Assembly: GCA_051453625.1 (NCBI GenBank)
Contig: JBOZIK010000001.1
Coordinates: forward strand, 23,121,050-23,161,235
DNA length: 40,186 nucleotides
Reading direction: 5' to 3'
From: Welwitschia mirabilis
Lineage: Eukaryota
Below are positions 37,363-40,186 of this stretch, in pieces. The position numbers were made by a program, and so were the translations under genes. Each line of letters begins with the position of its first letter. Position 1 is the stretch's first letter. The notes below the pieces were generated by a model, which was given only the letters and a program-made list of their open reading frames with translations, was not told the origin of the DNA and did no database searches.

Positions 37363-37782
37363 AATAGGATAGTGATGTATTGATGCTTCAAAAGTATAGA
37401 TATTACTCGTTCTGAAATCAGTACAATAGATGGAGCTCTCCTCCTGTAGAAGTACAATCAATTAAGCTCTAGATTTGACTATGAATGAAGTAAGTATGCT
37501 AATGTTAGATCTCCTCTAGTTAGAAATGTAGATGCCAAGATGCAACAATGATAGCAACACAAATACATAGCTTGATCTTTTAGATCTAATAGATTTATCT
37601 GAACAAAAGTGGTTTCCAAAAGATTGATTGATCATCTATGGCTTAGCTATTTATATTAGAAGCTTATTAGGGTTTATTACATTTGAATTGTTCCTCTAAT
37701 GTTATAAACAATTAGAAAATAGTTGCCTAATGACTAGATAATGGATACATAATGTTTAGAAAAATTTCTTTTCTACTCCATT

Positions 37783-38170
37783 CGGTCAACCCCATAAAAA
37801 TCCAGTCGACCTAATGTGGTGCCGTGAGTTACACAGGTTACCTAAGAGAGAGTTTTATTGCCTTATATTTTTATGTCTTCCTATCTAGTCGACTTTATCT
37901 GGGTCTGGTCGATCTGAGTTCAGTTGATCCCATTCCGAGTTTGGTCAACCCCTTGTTTCTCAATCCAAAAATACTATCTGTAAGGTCCTCAAATCTGGTC
38001 GACCCCATGAAAGTCCATTTGACCCCTTGCCATTTGGTTTAGGTACACTGGTTCTCTAAGTTACAAGTTCAGTCGACCTCATTAAAACCTGGTCAACCCC
38101 TTTGGATGCAATCCATTTTCCTTTGATAGCTTTAGGTGTAGTTAACCCTTTAAGGATCCGGTTGACCCCT
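37783..38170. repeat. Cluster of ~12 GGTCGACC-type palindromic motifs in LTR U3
   Basis: cggtcaacccc, cagtcgacct, tagtcgactt, tggtcgatct, cagttgatccc, tggtcaacccc, tggtcgacccc, cagtcgacct, tggtcaacccc, cggttgacccc and others. More copies at 38909-38958. Confidence 0.85.
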
Positions 38171-38940
38171 CTAGAGGGTGAATGAATAAGTAGGTTTCTA
38201 GTGCATATTTTAGTTCCATCTTTCAACCTAAAAAAACCTTAAACTCTTCTACATAAAATACACAAAATTTTTCTATACAAAAGACATTAGTTTGACATCA
38301 ATTGACAAAACATAATCAAACAATCTCCCTTTTTGATATTAATGGCAAACAAATAAGTGATTTCCAAATTAAACAAATATTTAGATCAAATAAATATTTC
38401 ATCTTTAAGCTCTTTCTAGTAAGGCATATTGACATAATAAGAACTCCCTCTTTCACAAAGCCAAAAGATCTAAAACAAACATTTATGAAATGAACCATGT
38501 TTAATTTATGTAAAATTTTTTGAAAACACTACATTTTCTCCCCTTTTGATATTAATGAAAAATAGTAAATACAGATAAATAAAGAGTTATAAACCATAGA
38601 CATGTGGTAAGAATTATTATATTTACTCCCTCTAACTTTATGCCATATATAAGAAATAATAATCATGATAGAGATTCCAAAGCTAGTATGTAAAAGAGAT
38701 GATAATTTTTAATTTATAATTCCCAAAAGAAAATCAACTAATGGTTATAAGATAAAGTAAAATATCAGAATATTCAAATTTTCTAGATAAAGTTCCACAA
38801 AAGTTACCAAGAAATCAAAACAAAAATGATAGTAAAAAGAAATGACAAATTTTTTTGTTGCAATGATAGCTATAGAACTTTGAGAGACTGGGTGACCAAG
38901 TAGAAAACCAGTCGACCGACCTACTCCAATTGACCGAATG

Positions 38941-40186
38941 TCAAGTTCGGTTGATCGTTCTGCAATTAACTATAGGATAATGAGAGAACCCTAGTCCATT
39001 TTTGAGATGAATAAAAGTATCAATGTTGAGGGGTTTAGTAAAAATATCTGCAAATTATTGGTCTATGATTATAAAACTCATAGATATATGTCCTTTTTTA
39101 ACTTGGTCTTAAAGGAAATGATGTCTAAGCTCAATATGCTTCATTCTTAAGTGCTGAACCAGATTTTTAAAAATATTAATAGCAGTTATGTTGTCACAAA
39201 AAATAGGAACTTATTCAAAATTAATACCAAAGTCTTTTAACATTTCTTTCATCCATAAAAGATGAGTGTAAAACAACTACCTATTACAATATATTTAGCT
39301 TCTGTAGTAGAGAGAGAAATAGAGTTTTATTTCTTACTTGCACATCTTACTAAACATGAATCTAGAAAAAAANNNNNNNNNNNNNNNNNNNNNNNNNNNN
39401 NNNNNNNNNNNNNNNNNNNNNNNNNNNNNNNNNNNNNNNNNNNNNNNNNNNNNNNNNNNNNNNNNNNNNNNNNNNNNNNNNNNNNNNNNNNNNNNNNNNN
39501 NNNNNNNNNNNNNNNNNNNNNNNNNNNNNNNNNNNNNNNNNNNNNNNNNNNNNNNNNNNNNNNTAATACTAAATATGATATCTGGTCTACTTATAGTTAA
39601 ATACAATAAACTATCAATCATGCTTCTGTAAAGTTTTTCATCTACTATTTTACCATTTTCATCCAAACTTACTTTACATGATGTAGATATAGAAGTATCA
39701 ATTATCTTTACATTTTCTAAACCAAATTGTTTAATTAAATCTCTTGCATATTTGAATTAAGAGATAAATATTTCTTCTTGGAATTTCTTAGTTTGAAGTC
39801 CAAGAAACATTTTAACTTCACCAAGCATGCTCATTTCAAATTGATTTATATAATAATAAAATCATTTTTCAAATTCTTCATAAATAAAGTTTTGTCTACC
39901 ATTCTTTGAACATATCCATTTTCATTTAAAAAAGTAGCTAGCTTCTCATACCATGTTTTTGATGTTTGTTTTAATTCATATAAAGCTTTCTTAAGTCTAT
40001 ACACATGATCAAGTTTATAAGGATCAATAAAACCTTGTGGTTGTTCTACATAAATCTCTTCAATTAATGGTCCATTCAAAAAAGAACTTTTTACATTCAT
40101 TTGATATACTTCAAAGTTCTTAAAAACTGCAAAGGATAAAAACATCCTAATGCTATCCAATCTTGCAATAAGAGCAAAAGTCTCTC
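38941..40186 (-). pseudogene. Ty1/copia reverse transcriptase + RNase H, disrupted (partial, runs off the window)
   Basis: IARLDSIRMFL..YQMNVKSSFLNG..EEIYVEQPQGF..VYRLKKALYELKQ..WYEKL..VDKTLF; FEMSMLGE..FLGLQ; LYRSMIDSLLYLTISRPDI; ISLSTTEAKY; PIFCDNITAINI.KN.VQH.RMKHIELRHHFL; ADIFTKPL. In-frame stops, and the YVDD segment is missing. Confidence 0.96.

Larger units (their letters stand above)
34950..38322 (-). repeat. 3' LTR of the Sirevirus-like element (~1.4 kb if gaps and duplicate are removed: 34950-35402 + 37396-38322)
   Basis: Starts TG on the minus strand (ca at 38321-38322) right after the PPT. TATAAATAG on minus at 37647-37655. The left boundary is ambiguous (34948 or 34957). Confidence 0.75.
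34950..40186 (-). mobile_element. 3' half of a Sirevirus (SIRE/Maximus)-like Ty1/copia element: RT-RNase H, multi-PPT region, 3' LTR
   Basis: Copia RT/RH on the minus strand. PPT atcaaaaagggagat|TG at 38321-38337. LTR-terminal motif ctagagggagggtgaatag (~34975; minus ctattcaccc...ctag). Palindromic repeat cluster upstream of the TATA box. The LTR is interrupted by gaps and two small contigs. Confidence 0.85.

Noticed and set aside
1..40186. Assigning the host species
   Set aside because: The sequence supports a land plant, probably a seed plant, but nothing diagnostic without a database search.

Overview
AT-rich plant nuclear DNA from a gappy draft assembly. The only recognisable host gene is the 3' end of a sterol C-24 methyltransferase (SMT2 type) at 1-234. 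About 4.5 kb of CpG-retaining flank follows, then about 35 kb of decayed transposon sequence. That block holds two minus-strand Ty1/copia relics (~8.4-13.3 kb) and a plus-strand Ty3/gypsy (Athila/Tat-like) element with LTR, PBS and a stop-riddled gag-PR-RT-RH-IN (15.4-21.6 kb). It also holds a minus-strand Athila-like element with both LTRs but no visible pol (23.56-30.74 kb), a second truncated copy of the plus-strand gypsy family (31.5-33.8 kb), and the 3' half of a minus-strand Sirevirus-like copia (~34.95-40.19 kb) whose RT has lost the YVDD motif. A small gap-flanked contig (36756-37103) is a mosaic of plastid-derived DNA: a psbF pseudogene, then the psbL start fused in frame to rps7. Many N gaps are flanked by near-duplicate sequence, probably assembly artefacts. 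I see no convincing new biological system. The most notable items are the plastid mosaic and the retrotransposon architectures. All homologies were recognised by eye from recalled consensus sequences; no searches were run.
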